Position numbers and translations under genes: made by a program
Notes under the pieces: generated by a model
The model's database searches: none
Told to the model about the DNA's origin: nothing
What the model saw: the letters and a program-made list of their open reading frames with translations, nothing else
Source of the DNA: an uncultured Alphaproteobacteria bacterium
GTDB taxonomy: Bacteria; Pseudomonadota; Alphaproteobacteria; CAAHEQ01; UBA3637
Direction: 5' to 3'
DNA length: 58,851 nt
Assembly: GCA_949286245.1 (NCBI GenBank)
Contig: CASECF010000060.1
Coordinates: 1 to 58,851 of the forward strand
In this document: positions 47,746 through 58,603 of the stretch, piece after piece
How positions within the stretch are numbered: position 1 is the stretch's first letter
How the letters are laid out: the number at the start of each line of letters is the position of its first letter

Positions 47746-48867
47746 TTAGGCAATATTTTTTTTAGTTCTTTGCTTTTTCTTCTGAGAAGAAATCGTTTTC
47801 TTTCCACTTTGAGAAGAATGCTTTTTGAACGATTTTTGAGAAAGTGACTTCGTTTTAAGAGCTTTCTTAGATACGGTTTGACTACTTCCGCTCTCTTTAT
47901 GTTCTTCCTCAATACCTTTTTGAATTAAAGCACTCTCAATTTTTTCTTCTTTTTCTTGAGGGTGAATATAATCCTGAGGAGCTATCAACGGATCAACCCA
48001 CGCATAAAGCTCTCCAAATGCGGCAATCATAAATAAAAACAGATACGGAAGAACAAATAAACAAAAAGCAACAAAAGCTCCACCGTAAATCCATAACAGA
48101 CGATCAGGAGTAATCATCATCAACGAAACCCCAAAAAATAACAAGCCTAATAACGCCCCAATCAACAAGACACCCAAAATAATGAAGAAAAAGCCGGACA
48201 ACAGTCTAACAGCCCCTTTGCGGATCACTTGAAGGTTTTGGCGAATACGGAAAAAAGCAAGCATGTCATTTTTTGTAATATACACATAGCTACTTGATAG
48301 CAAATAAAGAATAGAAAAAACAACAAGAGATAAAACAAAAACAACCTGACAGATGACACAAATTTCAAAGCTGAAACGAGTCAAAACACCCAACCCCTCA
48401 TAAATCCACACCACGGGGAAAAAGGAAATAATCAAAAGAACAACGATTCCCCAGAACATCAACACAGAAAATAAAACAAATGAGCAATATGTTTGAACAA
48501 AATCTTTCCAATCAGATTTTGAAAACAGTCCGGGGAAAATCTCTCTTGCTTTTAAAGAAGAAGCACCCTCTCTTCTTTTGTTTAAAAAACGACGAAGAGA
48601 CATAATGCTGTAAACACTTGTCATAAAACCCGCCAACCACTGTAAAACATAAGCAACAACGACCCAAAGCTTATTTTGTGAGTAATACAGGTTCGTCATC
48701 AGACCCCATTCATCCGATATCCCCCCACTCGAAAAACTTTGCATCAAAATATCAAAAAACATTTTCAAATACGGGATATTCAGAGCCAAAACAATTGCGA
48801 ACAACATAAGAACACTCAGAAATCTTCGACTAAGAGGCATCGTTAATACGGATAAAACGGTATGCAT
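47746..48867 (-). CDS. Polytopic membrane protein with a Lys/Ser-rich C-terminal tail, function unknown
   Basis: It has about 8 hydrophobic helices. The start MHTVLS at 48867 is preceded by aaggag (6-nt spacer). The tail reads ...KALKTKSLSQKSFKKHSSQSGKKTISSQKKKQRTKKNIA. Confidence 0.55.
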   Translation of the reverse strand: MHTVLSVLTMPLSRRFLSVLMLFAIVLALNIPYLKMFFDILMQSFSSGGISDEWGLMTNLYYSQNKLWVVVAYVLQWLAGFMTSVYSIMSLRRFLNKRREGASSLKAREIFPGLFSKSDWKDFVQTYCSFVLFSVLMFWGIVVLLIISFFPVVWIYEGLGVLTRFSFEICVICQVVFVLSLVVFSILYLLSSSYVYITKNDMLAFFRIRQNLQVIRKGAVRLLSGFFFIILGVLLIGALLGLLFFGVSLMMITPDRLLWIYGGAFVAFCLFVLPYLFLFMIAAFGELYAWVDPLIAPQDYIHPQEKEEKIESALIQKGIEEEHKESGSSQTVSKKALKTKSLSQKSFKKHSSQSGKKTISSQKKKQRTKKNIA

Positions 48868-48955
48868 TTTACACTCCTTTTTTTTATAAAGACATTTCAG
48901 TTTTAACAACTATCCCTTGTCCTGTCAATGATTATTTTAAAATTTTCTTTTAAAA

Positions 48956-49417
48956 TCAGTCTTTATGATAGGGATGATTATCAAGAATCGTTCGGGCACG
49001 ATAAATTTGTTCTGCCAAAACGACACGCATCAACATATGAGGGAGCGTCATCCGGCCGAAAGACAGTTTTAAATCTGCTTCTTTTTTAAGAGAATCCGCA
49101 TGCCCGAACGCCCCGCCGATCAAAAAAGAAACCGCCGGAACACCTTGATCCTCCCATTTTTTCAAAAAGGAAGCCAATTCTCGAGAAGAAAGTGTTTCGC
49201 CCGTCTCATCCAGCACAATCTTTTTAGTATCATTTGGAAGTAAATGACGCAACAGATCCGATTCGGCTTCCTTCAATTGAGGAACCGACAATTGTTTTTT
49301 TTCTTCCGCTTCCCGTAAAATGATCGACCATTTTGTTTTTTGAAGATAAGATTGAATCAATTCATATTCCGGCGCATTTTTTTTTAGTTTTCCAATAGCG
49401 GCAATTACGATTTGCAT
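48956..49417 (-). CDS. rlmH: 23S rRNA (pseudouridine1915-N3)-methyltransferase RlmH
   Basis: 153 aa, SPOUT fold, with ..FLIGGAFGH...LSFGRMTLPH.L.RV.L.EQIYRA. Confidence 0.85.
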   Translation of the reverse strand: MQIVIAAIGKLKKNAPEYELIQSYLQKTKWSIILREAEEKKQLSVPQLKEAESDLLRHLLPNDTKKIVLDETGETLSSRELASFLKKWEDQGVPAVSFLIGGAFGHADSLKKEADLKLSFGRMTLPHMLMRVVLAEQIYRARTILDNHPYHKD

Positions 49418-49851
49418 TCACAAATTCCTATCTGACCAGATTGAGTTCTTTTTTTGTATTTTAAAGGCAGAAGCGATGATATCGGCACAATCTCCCATCC
49501 GGAATCGGCTTCAAGGGGGACAATAACTTGGGCATCCGGTCCGTAATCGGCGATATATTCTCGACATTTTCCGCAAGGAGAAATAATATAGGCCTCCGGA
49601 TCTCGAACAGCGACAATCATATCAATTTGCATATTTTTTTCACTTGCCAAAGCAATTCCGATTGTCGCAATTTCAGCACACGTAGCAACGGATGGTTGTG
49701 TTGTTCCGATATGCAACCCTTTATAGATGTGACCCGATTTTGTTAAAAGAGCAGCGGCAACAATGATGTGATGTCCCTGTAATTCGTATCTTTCTTTTAA
49801 AAAATCTTGAGCAACCTTAATCAATCGACGAGCTTTTTGTTGTTCAGTCAT
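49405..49851 (-). CDS. Cytidine/deoxycytidylate deaminase-fold protein (cytidine deaminase-like)
   Basis: The zinc ligand motifs are CAE (..VATCAEIATIG) and PCGKCRE. The start MTEQQK at 49851 follows aaggag. Confidence 0.7.
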   Translation of the reverse strand: MTEQQKARRLIKVAQDFLKERYELQGHHIIVAAALLTKSGHIYKGLHIGTTQPSVATCAEIATIGIALASEKNMQIDMIVAVRDPEAYIISPCGKCREYIADYGPDAQVIVPLEADSGWEIVPISSLLPLKYKKRTQSGQIGICECKS

Positions 49852-50515
49852 CCAGTTCTCCTTCTTCAACAACGATCTGTTTAACCATGTCATCTAAAGA
49901 TTTTCGTTCGTCTTCTTTATAATTGATTGGACTTTGTTTAATTTCTTCTTTTAAATTTTTTTGTATCTTTTTACCGATTTTTTGGACCTGATGATCTTTT
50001 AATTTTCCTTGTTCATATGGTTTTAAATCTTTTTTCACCCCCTCGGGGATAACTTTTTCGACAGCGTGAGCCATTTGTTGAATATACGGAATAGAAACAT
50101 TTTCAGCTTCTAATTTTTTTAATTGATGATCAGATAAAATCATAGAAGCGCCGATATAAACAAGAGCGATCAACAATCCGGCTCTTAAAACACCAAATAC
50201 AAAACCTAAAATACGATCTAATCCACTCAAAGAGCTGTTTCGCAACTTACCGGTTATATGCGCATTTAAGATCGTCATAACAACCAAAACGATCAAGGCA
50301 ACGATACAAGACCCAACAATACCGGCTATTTTTTCATTCTCAATAAAATAGCCCATCAACGGCTGTACGGGAGCATAACTGTACAAAGCAGCGAAACCGG
50401 CCAAAATCCAAGAAGAGATTCCTAAAAGTTCTCGCACAAGACCTCGATATAAAGCAAATAAAACAGACAAAACAACCGTAATCAGAACTAATATATCAAT
50501 TAAACCAATAACCAT
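49844..50515 (-). CDS. cvpA: CvpA-family membrane protein (colicin V production protein homologue)
   Basis: The N-terminus IDILVLITVVLSVLFALYRGLVRELL and 4 TM helices are typical of CvpA. It lies adjacent to radA. Confidence 0.75.
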   Translation of the reverse strand: MVIGLIDILVLITVVLSVLFALYRGLVRELLGISSWILAGFAALYSYAPVQPLMGYFIENEKIAGIVGSCIVALIVLVVMTILNAHITGKLRNSSLSGLDRILGFVFGVLRAGLLIALVYIGASMILSDHQLKKLEAENVSIPYIQQMAHAVEKVIPEGVKKDLKPYEQGKLKDHQVQKIGKKIQKNLKEEIKQSPINYKEDERKSLDDMVKQIVVEEGELDD

Positions 50516-50526
50516 ACTTTCTCCTT

Positions 50527-51906
50527 TTAATGAAACGAGTCAACCAACGTTTTTAAATGGCCGACTTCTGTCACACGCATACCGACAGAATGATTTTTCT
50601 TTTTATGTCTGGGAGGAACAAGCGCACGTTCAAATCCTAACTTTTCCGCCTCTTTCAAACGCAAATCCGGTTGGGAAACGGCTCTCACTTCACCGGACAA
50701 ACCAACTTCACCAAAGACAATCATATCTGCCGGAACCGGTTTTTGTAATAATCCCGATAATAGTGCCATAGCAACGGCCATATCACAAGCGGGCTCTGTA
50801 ATTCGAAGTCCTCCCGCCACATTTAAATAAACATCTTTATTTGATAAAACGACCCCGCATCTGGCTTCCAAAACCGCCAACAACATATTCAATCGATTAA
50901 CATCCCACCCAACAACGGCACGCCGACAATTGGGGCCGCTTTGAGGAGCGACCAATGCTTGAATCTCGACCAAAATCGGACGGGATCCTTCAATTCCCGC
51001 ATAAACACAACTGCCGGACACATTTCCCCGTCGTTCCGCCAAAAAAAGAGCTGATGGGTTAGGGACTTCGGCAAGGCCATTCTCTCCCATTTCAAAAACA
51101 CCGATTTCATCCGTCGCCCCAAATCTATTTTTTACCGATCGTAAAATACGAAAATGATGCCCACGATCCCCCTCAAAATACAAAACCGTATCCACCATAT
51201 GCTCCAAAACACGAGGGCCGGCCAAAGTTCCCTCTTTTGTGACGTGACCGACTAAAAATAAAACAAAATGTCGCCGTTTTGCCAACCGAATCAATTCATG
51301 ACCGGCGGCTCGAACCTGACCGACAGTTCCGGGAGCCGAATCAAGCGTATCTGAAAACATTGTTTGAATTGAATCGATGACGACCACGTCGGGGCTCTCG
51401 TCAACATCCAGTGATGCGACAATGTCTCGAACATTAATCACACTTGCCAACTCGACCGGAGATTCACTCAAACCCAAGCGCATAGCTCTCAAACGAACCT
51501 GATCAACCGATTCTTCACCGGAGATATAAACACATTTTGTCGGTGTTCCTTTTTTATTAACGCCCTGAGATAATTTAGAAACCGCCTGAAGCAAGAGTGT
51601 TGATTTTCCAATTCCGGGATCCCCCCCTACCAAAATAACCGACCCCGGAACCAATCCACCGCCACAAACACGATCCAATTCCGAGATATTGGATTTCAAC
51701 CGAAAAATAATTTCGGGAGCTCCCCTTAAATCAGAAAAATCTATTTTTCGTCCGCCTTCTCCTCCGGTTGCCGTCTTAATATCTCGTTCGGGAAGGGCTT
51801 CCTCAAAAATTGTATTCCAAGATCCGCAAGAATCACATTTTCCGGCCCATCTCAAATGAACGGCACCACAATTTTGGCAAACAAATCTGGATGTTTTTTT
51901 TATCAT
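50527..51906 (-). CDS. radA: DNA repair protein RadA/Sms
   Basis: It has a Zn finger (CQNCGAVHLRWAGKCDSCGSWNT), Walker A GDPGIGKST, the RadA-specific KNRFG motif and a Lon-like C-domain. Confidence 0.95.
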   Translation of the reverse strand: MIKKTSRFVCQNCGAVHLRWAGKCDSCGSWNTIFEEALPERDIKTATGGEGGRKIDFSDLRGAPEIIFRLKSNISELDRVCGGGLVPGSVILVGGDPGIGKSTLLLQAVSKLSQGVNKKGTPTKCVYISGEESVDQVRLRAMRLGLSESPVELASVINVRDIVASLDVDESPDVVVIDSIQTMFSDTLDSAPGTVGQVRAAGHELIRLAKRRHFVLFLVGHVTKEGTLAGPRVLEHMVDTVLYFEGDRGHHFRILRSVKNRFGATDEIGVFEMGENGLAEVPNPSALFLAERRGNVSGSCVYAGIEGSRPILVEIQALVAPQSGPNCRRAVVGWDVNRLNMLLAVLEARCGVVLSNKDVYLNVAGGLRITEPACDMAVAMALLSGLLQKPVPADMIVFGEVGLSGEVRAVSQPDLRLKEAEKLGFERALVPPRHKKKNHSVGMRVTEVGHLKTLVDSFH

Positions 51907-52709
51907 TATTGATTTGCCTTTATTTCTGTTTTAATAGGTCCTTGTGCCGATCCGGCAACAAACTGTCTCACATATGGATTTTTTGTTTTATCTAATTCTT
52001 TAACGGTACCGATCCAAATAATTTTCCCCTCATATAACATAGCGATTCGATCAGCAATTTTTCGAGCCGAATTCATATCATGGGTAATTGTTAATGCGGT
52101 TGCTCCTAAATTTTTGACCGTCGAAACAATCAACTCATTAATAACATCAGACATGATAGGATCTAATCCGGTTGTCGGTTCATCAAAAAAGATCACGCTC
52201 GGATCTGTCGCAATAGCTCTGGCTAACCCGACTCGTTTTTTCATACCGCCCGACAAATCTGCCGGATATACCGAAGCAACATCGCGACCTAATCCGACCT
52301 GAGCCAATTTTGAAACAGCGATTTTTCGAGCTTCGTCTTTTTTTATTTTTTTATTTTGAAGCAATGAAAAAGCAACATTTTCCCAAACACTTAAACTATC
52401 GAACAAGGCTCCGCTTTGAAAAAGCATTCCAATTTGACCGATTGCTTCCGCCCGATCAGACGAAGACAATTGATCTAATCGACGACCATCTATTTCAATA
52501 TATCCCGAATCAGGTGATAACAATCCCAAAATACACTTTAATGTCACCGACTTACCTGTTCCGGATCCTCCGATAATAACTAAAGATTCTCCCGGATAAA
52601 TTTCTAGGTTCAAACCATTTAAAACTTTTTTTCGACCGAATGCCTTATGAAGATTAACCAATTTTATTTTTGGAGTTTGTTCTTTTTGTTTAAAACGGAA
52701 AAGAGCCAT
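51906..52709 (-). CDS. mlaF: ABC transporter ATP-binding protein, MlaF-like
   Basis: It has Walker A GGSGTGKSV, the signature LSGGMKKRVGLARA and Walker B VIFFDEPT. It lies directly downstream of the MlaE-like permease. Confidence 0.8.
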   Translation of the reverse strand: MALFRFKQKEQTPKIKLVNLHKAFGRKKVLNGLNLEIYPGESLVIIGGSGTGKSVTLKCILGLLSPDSGYIEIDGRRLDQLSSSDRAEAIGQIGMLFQSGALFDSLSVWENVAFSLLQNKKIKKDEARKIAVSKLAQVGLGRDVASVYPADLSGGMKKRVGLARAIATDPSVIFFDEPTTGLDPIMSDVINELIVSTVKNLGATALTITHDMNSARKIADRIAMLYEGKIIWIGTVKELDKTKNPYVRQFVAGSAQGPIKTEIKANQ

Positions 52710-52718
52710 GTTTCACCC

Positions 52719-53519
52719 TTATATGGTAAAGAAAATTTCTGTTAAAATATAATTGAAAATCAGAATTAAAATACTGGCGGAAACAACCGCATTAGTTGTC
52801 GCTTGTCCGACACCTTGAGCTCCCCCTTGGGAGTGGAATCCGTTATAACATCCCATCAACGTAATAATGAAGCCAAAAACAGATGCCTTGACCAGTCCGG
52901 AAATGATATCCATTGGTTTTAAATATTCCCAGGTATTCATTAAATAAGTGGTCGCATTAAAATCCAATTTTGACACACCGATCATATAACCACCGCAAAT
53001 TCCGATAATATCCCCGATCAAAACCAAAACAGGCAACATGACTATTCCGGCTATAATTCGCGGAGCAATTAAATATTTATATGGATTTGTAGAGAGGGTT
53101 GATAACGCATCAATTTGTTCCGTCACCCGCATTGTGCCGATTTCCGCCGCCATCGCCGCCCCAATCCGTCCGGCCACCATAAGTCCTGCCATAACCGGAG
53201 CCAATTCTCGTGTTACGGAAATTAAAACAACCATAGCAACAGCCCCTTCTGCCGAGATACTGGAAAAACCGGAATAGGTTTGAAGAGCAATTACCATCCC
53301 CGAGAAGAGTGTTGTCAACGCCACAACAGGCAAGGAATAAAAACCAATTTCAACCAATTGTCGCAAAAAAGCCTTCCCATAAAAGGGAGGGGTCACACAG
53401 TGATATACAGTCTCAATCGTAAACAAACCCAACTCACCGGTTGCTTTAAAGAAATTTAAAACAACACGACCCAATTTATTAACAAATCGCCACTCTAATT
53501 TTTGTTTCAAGAAATGCAT
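52719..53519 (-). CDS. mlaE: MlaE-family ABC transporter permease
   Basis: It has the typical MlaE layout (..FYGKAFLRQLVEIGFYSLPVV...ELAPVMAGLMVAGRIGAAMAAEIGTMRVTEQIDAL). The likely start is M44 of the track ORF (MHFLKQK). Confidence 0.8.
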   Translation of the reverse strand: MHFLKQKLEWRFVNKLGRVVLNFFKATGELGLFTIETVYHCVTPPFYGKAFLRQLVEIGFYSLPVVALTTLFSGMVIALQTYSGFSSISAEGAVAMVVLISVTRELAPVMAGLMVAGRIGAAMAAEIGTMRVTEQIDALSTLSTNPYKYLIAPRIIAGIVMLPVLVLIGDIIGICGGYMIGVSKLDFNATTYLMNTWEYLKPMDIISGLVKASVFGFIITLMGCYNGFHSQGGAQGVGQATTNAVVSASILILIFNYILTEIFFTI

Positions 53520-53733
53520 CCTTTCATTTTGGGAATATTTTAAAATGAAATAAATCAAAATGCAATAGAAAAGGGATATCTCTCCTTTTCTTTTTATGTT
53601 CATTTCTGAGGAGCAAAAACACAACCACCGGAGAAAGAAATCCGACAATCACATATAAGTCTTTCTTGATTTTAAAATCTATTGGAGAAACTCCTCTTTT
53701 TCAAAGAGACTTACCTTCTCTCTGTTTCTCGAT

Positions 53734-55365
53734 TTAAGTGATAACGGTTGGATATTCCCTTCCCGTTAACCCCTTCAAATCTGAGATTTCTTTTGATATG
53801 GTGGCGAGAGGTTCTATTACCTCTTGGACATCTCTTGAGAAGTCTTTAGAATCTCCCATAAATCGATTATAGTAGACACGCAAAGTAGCACCACTACTAC
53901 CCGTTCCAGACAACCGCATAACAATACGAGACCCATCTTCAAATAACAAGCAAACCCCTTGTTTATCTGCAACATCTCCCGTTATGGGATCCGTATAAGA
54001 GAAATCAAACGCCTCTTTTATTTTAAAACCGTTATACTCTTTTTGAGGTAAAGTCGGCAAAGAAGATCGCAATTGTTCCATTAAAAGTTTTGCCTTTGCG
54101 GAATCAAGATCCTCATAGCTATGCGTTGATGTATAAATACGCCCGTAAGCATGCCATAATTCTTCATTAACCCGTTGAACGGAAAGACCGGTTTTTGCCA
54201 AAATCGTCAACCAGAACAAAACCGCCCAAATACCGTCTTTTTCATACAAATGAGAGGATCCGGCCCCAAAACTTTCTTCTCCGCATAAGGCTATTTTTCG
54301 GGCCCCTAATAAAGATCCGAAAAACTTCCATCCCGTTGGCGTTTCAAATACGGGGAATCCCTTTTGCCGTGCAACCATATCAACAGCGGCAGAGGTCGGC
54401 ATCGAACGAGCTACACCGCTCATAGAAGAGGCATAAAAAGGAATTTGATCCATATAAGAAGCCAAAATGGCCAAGCTATCAGATGGGTTTACAAAAAATG
54501 AAGGACCTAAAATCATATAACGATCACCATCGCCGTCAGATGCGGCAGCAAAATCCGTCGCTTGATCACTTTTCATAAAATCGACCAAAGACTTATTATA
54601 TGTTAAATTAGGTTCCGGATGAACACCTCCAAAATCAGGCAATGGAGTTGCACGGATGACAGATCCCTCAGTGGCTCCCAATAACGTTTCAAAAATATAT
54701 TTGGCATAAGGACCCGTCACCGCGTTCATCGAATCAAATGTCATTGTAAATCCCTGACGGAACAAGGATCGAATCAAATTAAAATCAAAAATTTCTTGCA
54801 TATACAAGGCATAATCCGAAACGGAATCTATCACCTCAATAACCGTTGATCCGACCGTCTGTTCTCCGAGCCGAGATAAATCAATTTCCGGAAGATCAAT
54901 CGTCCAATAGCGATCAATGTTTTTCGTGCGAGCGGAAATGGCATCTGCCAATGTTTGAGGAGCGGGGGCTCCCGTTTCAATATCATATTTAATTCCAAAA
55001 TCTCCGTCAGCACCTCCGGGATTATGGCTGGCTGACAAAATAATACCCCCGAACGCCTGCTTTTTAACGATTAAATGAGATGCGGCAGGGGTTGATAAAA
55101 TTCCGTTTTGTCCAATAATGAGGCGACCAAATTGATTTGCAACCGCAATTTTAATAATCATTTGAATCGCTTGAGAATTATAGTATCGACCATCCCCTCC
55201 GATAACAAGTGTTTTTCCCTCAAATCCATCCAAGGAATCAAAAATAGATTGAACAAAATTCTCAATATAATGCGTCTGACGAACGACCGAAACTTTCTTA
55301 CGCAAACCGGACGTTCCCAATATTTGATCTTGAAAAGGTGCTGTTTTAATTGCTTTAATATCCAT
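53734..55365 (-). CDS. pgm: Phosphoglucomutase (alpha-D-glucose phosphate-specific)
   Basis: It has the phosphoserine loop SASHNPGG, the metal loop ASDGDGDR and the sugar loop CGEESFG. It is 543 aa. Confidence 0.9.
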   Translation of the reverse strand: MDIKAIKTAPFQDQILGTSGLRKKVSVVRQTHYIENFVQSIFDSLDGFEGKTLVIGGDGRYYNSQAIQMIIKIAVANQFGRLIIGQNGILSTPAASHLIVKKQAFGGIILSASHNPGGADGDFGIKYDIETGAPAPQTLADAISARTKNIDRYWTIDLPEIDLSRLGEQTVGSTVIEVIDSVSDYALYMQEIFDFNLIRSLFRQGFTMTFDSMNAVTGPYAKYIFETLLGATEGSVIRATPLPDFGGVHPEPNLTYNKSLVDFMKSDQATDFAAASDGDGDRYMILGPSFFVNPSDSLAILASYMDQIPFYASSMSGVARSMPTSAAVDMVARQKGFPVFETPTGWKFFGSLLGARKIALCGEESFGAGSSHLYEKDGIWAVLFWLTILAKTGLSVQRVNEELWHAYGRIYTSTHSYEDLDSAKAKLLMEQLRSSLPTLPQKEYNGFKIKEAFDFSYTDPITGDVADKQGVCLLFEDGSRIVMRLSGTGSSGATLRVYYNRFMGDSKDFSRDVQEVIEPLATISKEISDLKGLTGREYPTVIT

Positions 55366-55614
55366 AAAACCCCCTATGCCATTTTAGAATCACTTCCATG
55401 ATAAACTGTCCCTCATTATATACCACTTGTTCTCTCCGTTGGCAAGTTTTAAAAACGATATTCTATTTTGTTTCGAATCATTTATTCCGCAAGAAAAAAC
55501 TCTCACGATTATTTTATATGTCAAATAAACGCAGGTGAAAGAGACAAAAACATCTGTCCCTGCAAAAACTTTCTTCCTGTTTTTTAACAAATGAGAATAT
55601 AAAACAATATCTTT

Positions 55615-56376
55615 TTATAAACTTTCCAAGAGAGTTAAAACTTCTTGTTTCGCAGTACCGGCCGACACGGAGGATGGCAAATTCAATCCATTTTCCTTTA
55701 AATCCATCATCGTGAGTCCTTTTGGAAATAACTCTCGGTAGATAACCCGATCCGAAATACCCCCGACCAAATTGAAGTGAATTCGTCTCGAAAGAGCATT
55801 CAGCAGAACTGACATCATTTGAGAATTTTTACTTTTCGTATAAAGAAGACGGTTTCTCACAACGACCCAATTCATCGGCGGTTTGCGCTCCAACATTCTT
55901 TGTTGTCTGGTTGACCAAACCGTTTGTGCAAAATGTGACGGGCCTTTTATTTTAACTAAATTTGTATCCACAGTCGCCAAAACATCCAAATCAACCAAGC
56001 TATCATTTAAAGGCGTCACCAACGTATCTGCCATAATCATTGCCTGTTGGGCCAAATCACTTTTAGATCCAGGCGTATCAATAACAACATAATCAGAATC
56101 CACAGAAGCCTTTTCAACCTGCCCCTTGATTGTATAAATGGAGGCAATATCATCTGACCAACACGTATGCTTCGGAGAGGGGAGCGGAAGCCCCATATGC
56201 TTTGAAAAGCTCTCTCGATTATTCAAATAGTGTGATAATGTTCCCTGATGCGGGTCTAAATCAAACGATGCAACCTTTTTCCCTTGACGTAAAAGAGCCA
56301 CAATCACATGCATTGCTAATGTAGATTTCCCTGTTCCGCCCTTTTCATTGGCAAAAACAATAATTTTTGAACCCAT
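55615..56376 (-). CDS. mipZ: ParA-like division-plane positioning ATPase MipZ
   Basis: The deviant Walker A is NEKGGTGKST. The N-terminus IIVFANEKGGTGKSTLAMHVIVALLRQGKKVASFDLDPHQGT aligns with Caulobacter MipZ. Confidence 0.75.
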   Translation of the reverse strand: MGSKIIVFANEKGGTGKSTLAMHVIVALLRQGKKVASFDLDPHQGTLSHYLNNRESFSKHMGLPLPSPKHTCWSDDIASIYTIKGQVEKASVDSDYVVIDTPGSKSDLAQQAMIMADTLVTPLNDSLVDLDVLATVDTNLVKIKGPSHFAQTVWSTRQQRMLERKPPMNWVVVRNRLLYTKSKNSQMMSVLLNALSRRIHFNLVGGISDRVIYRELFPKGLTMMDLKENGLNLPSSVSAGTAKQEVLTLLESL

Positions 56377-56880
56377 ATCATATCCTTATATTTTTTCATT
56401 TAAAAAGTGGATGGTATTATATCAAAAAAATCATTATCTGTCAATCATTTTAATAAGATTACCTCCTAACGATCAAACACTCAAAAGATAAAACCAACAA
56501 ATCGGATAAAAGAGCTGATCCACAACCACACCATCCCCTCTCTAAAGAAATGTGATTTCCAATATAAAACCATTAAGATAGGAACAATGCTATCTCTAAA
56601 AAACAAACAAATGAAATCTCAATCATTTTAACGTTGAACAAAACGATATTTATTTTTCTATTTTCCTTTTCTATTTCTCAACAAAAAACATCGTTTTTTT
56701 TATTTTTTTCCTATTTTGAAACAAACTTGAAATATTTTTTGAATGTAAAACATTTATAACATATTGATTTAAAATATTTTTTTAAAAATTTATTTTACTT
56801 GCATATTTTTTTATGTTGGTCTAAAGTAAAAGAAGGCAAGAAGAAAGTCTTCTTACCACAAACAAAATAGGAGAAATAAT

Positions 56881-57705
56881 ATGTTTAAAAAAACACTTTT
56901 GTTATTGGGCGTTATGAGTTTTGCTTCATCCGCAATGGCTATGGAGTTAACAAATCCCTTTTATGTTCCGGCAAAAGGTCAAGTTGCCTCAACGACCTCT
57001 TACAATTATGGGAAGGAAAGCCTCAACATCCGAGATACAGGTATTGCCAAAGGATATTTCCAAACTTTAAAAGAAGACTTGAGTTTCGGACTTACAGATA
57101 ACTGGTCATTGGATGGCTCTATTTCAAACACCTGGACAAAAGAAACATTCCGAAGTCAAACAGATAGAGATGATATGAATGTTGATTGGAAAATCGGAAC
57201 AACTTACAATGTGTTATCTGACTCCAAAGCCAAATTACAAGTAAGTGCAGCATATGGTCAATCCGACTTATCTTCTTTTGGTCCAGATCGTTCTTACAAA
57301 GCAAATGGTGCCGGAACTCCATTTGGAAATGATGGGACCTATAAATATGTCCAAGGTCAAGTCAAGGGTGGATATGATTTGGGTATGTTAATGCCTTATG
57401 CCGCCGCTAATATCGAAGCTCCGGTATTCCAAAGTTCTGATGGAAATAATCAGTTAAAATATGGTGCGGAAGTCGGTGCTTACAAGCTCATTTGCAATAA
57501 ATTATCTTTGGACGGTAATTTACGGTATGATTATGATAAAGAATATAAACTTAATTTATACACGGTCAATGCGGAAGTTGGCTACTATTTAACTCCAAAA
57601 TGGGTTGGTAGTGTCTATGGTTCATACGTTCTAGACGGAAACGCAAAAGAACGGACAGATGTCCATGGAAACATTATTGGATTAAGATTAAGAACAGTAT
57701 TCTAA
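56881..57705 (+). CDS. Outer-membrane beta-barrel protein (porin-like)
   Basis: It has a signal peptide (..ASSAMA|M), an alternating amphipathic beta pattern and a C-terminal ..GLRLRTVF. Confidence 0.65.
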   Translation: MFKKTLLLLGVMSFASSAMAMELTNPFYVPAKGQVASTTSYNYGKESLNIRDTGIAKGYFQTLKEDLSFGLTDNWSLDGSISNTWTKETFRSQTDRDDMNVDWKIGTTYNVLSDSKAKLQVSAAYGQSDLSSFGPDRSYKANGAGTPFGNDGTYKYVQGQVKGGYDLGMLMPYAAANIEAPVFQSSDGNNQLKYGAEVGAYKLICNKLSLDGNLRYDYDKEYKLNLYTVNAEVGYYLTPKWVGSVYGSYVLDGNAKERTDVHGNIIGLRLRTVF

Positions 57706-57724
57706 ATAAATCCCAATCAAAGAG

Positions 57725-57756
57725 AACATCTCCCCCAAAAGGGGAGATGTTTTTTT
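57725..57756 (+). terminator. Rho-independent terminator of the OMP gene
   Basis: An 11-bp stem (aacatctcccc pairing with ggggagatgtt) has a caaaa loop and is followed by T7. Confidence 0.8.
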
Positions 57757-57869
57757 ATCTTCAACAGTATTAGAAAAACCGCCTTCTCAAAAATATTCTT
57801 GTTTTTATCCAAGAAGAGAGCATAAGTATCTTTCACAAAATAAGAAATATAAAAACAACTAAAAAATAA

Positions 57870-58577
57870 TTAAAGCGATTTATTTTTTGAAACAGGGAAC
57901 TCTTGTGTATCCTTTAAGATATACCCACGCCCCCACACTGTTTGAATATACTGTTCTCCACCGGATAATTTCTCCAACTTACGCCTAATTTTACACAAGA
58001 AAACATCAATAATTTTCATTTCAGGCTCATCCATACCACCGTACAAATGATTTAAAAATTGTTCTTTGTTAATGGTTGTTCCCTTTCTAAGAGCCAATAG
58101 TTCCAAGAGAGCATACTCCTTTCCTGTTAAATGAACAACTTTTCCATTCAAAGAGACAACCTTTGTATTTAAGTTAATTTCCAATCCTCCGGTTTTTACA
58201 ATCGGATCAGCATGGCCCTTAGATCTTCTGACAATAGCCTGAACCCGTGCGATCAATTCACTTCTGTCAAATGGCTTTGTTAAATAGTCATCAGCTCCGT
58301 ATCCCAGCCCTTTTACTTTTTTATCCGGTGTTGACAAGCCTGACAATATCAAAACAGGTGTTGTGTTATGTGCATTTCTTAGGTGTTTCAAGACTTCATA
58401 GCCATCCATATCCGGCAACATAAGATCCAAAATAATGATATCATAATCATATAATTTGGCGATTTCCAATCCATCCTCACCCAAATAGCAAGGATCGACA
58501 ACCATTCCCTCTTTTTTGAGCATCAGGGCTATATTTTGGCTGTTTGCCTTATCATCTTCGATTAATAATACGCGCAT
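57870..58577 (-). CDS. ctrA: Cell-cycle master response regulator CtrA
   Basis: It is near-colinear with Caulobacter CtrA: MRVLLIEDD..., [63 protein letters not shown] and TVWGRGY.L.D. Confidence 0.92.
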   Translation of the reverse strand: MRVLLIEDDKANSQNIALMLKKEGMVVDPCYLGEDGLEIAKLYDYDIIILDLMLPDMDGYEVLKHLRNAHNTTPVLILSGLSTPDKKVKGLGYGADDYLTKPFDRSELIARVQAIVRRSKGHADPIVKTGGLEINLNTKVVSLNGKVVHLTGKEYALLELLALRKGTTINKEQFLNHLYGGMDEPEMKIIDVFLCKIRRKLEKLSGGEQYIQTVWGRGYILKDTQEFPVSKNKSL

Positions 58578-58603
58578 GATTTCCTCTTCTTATTCCTTAT
58601 CTC

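Noticed and set aside
55390-55590. A 66-aa minus-strand ORF between pgm and mipZ.
   Set aside because: It has no recognisable SD and a non-ATG or weak start context. The sequence has no features beyond AT-rich codons, so it is probably just the pgm upstream region. Confidence is too low to list it as a gene.
56377-56880. The 504-nt AT-rich spacer between mipZ and the OMP gene could be a replication origin. It has one near-consensus DnaA box, tgatccaca at 56516-56524, and long T/A tracts.
   Set aside because: I found only a single 8/9 DnaA-box match and no TTAA-N7-TTAA CtrA boxes in the spacer. The usual alphaproteobacterial origin neighbours are absent. It is more simply a divergent or terminator-promoter region for a highly expressed OMP. 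A GC-skew analysis of the full genome would settle the question.
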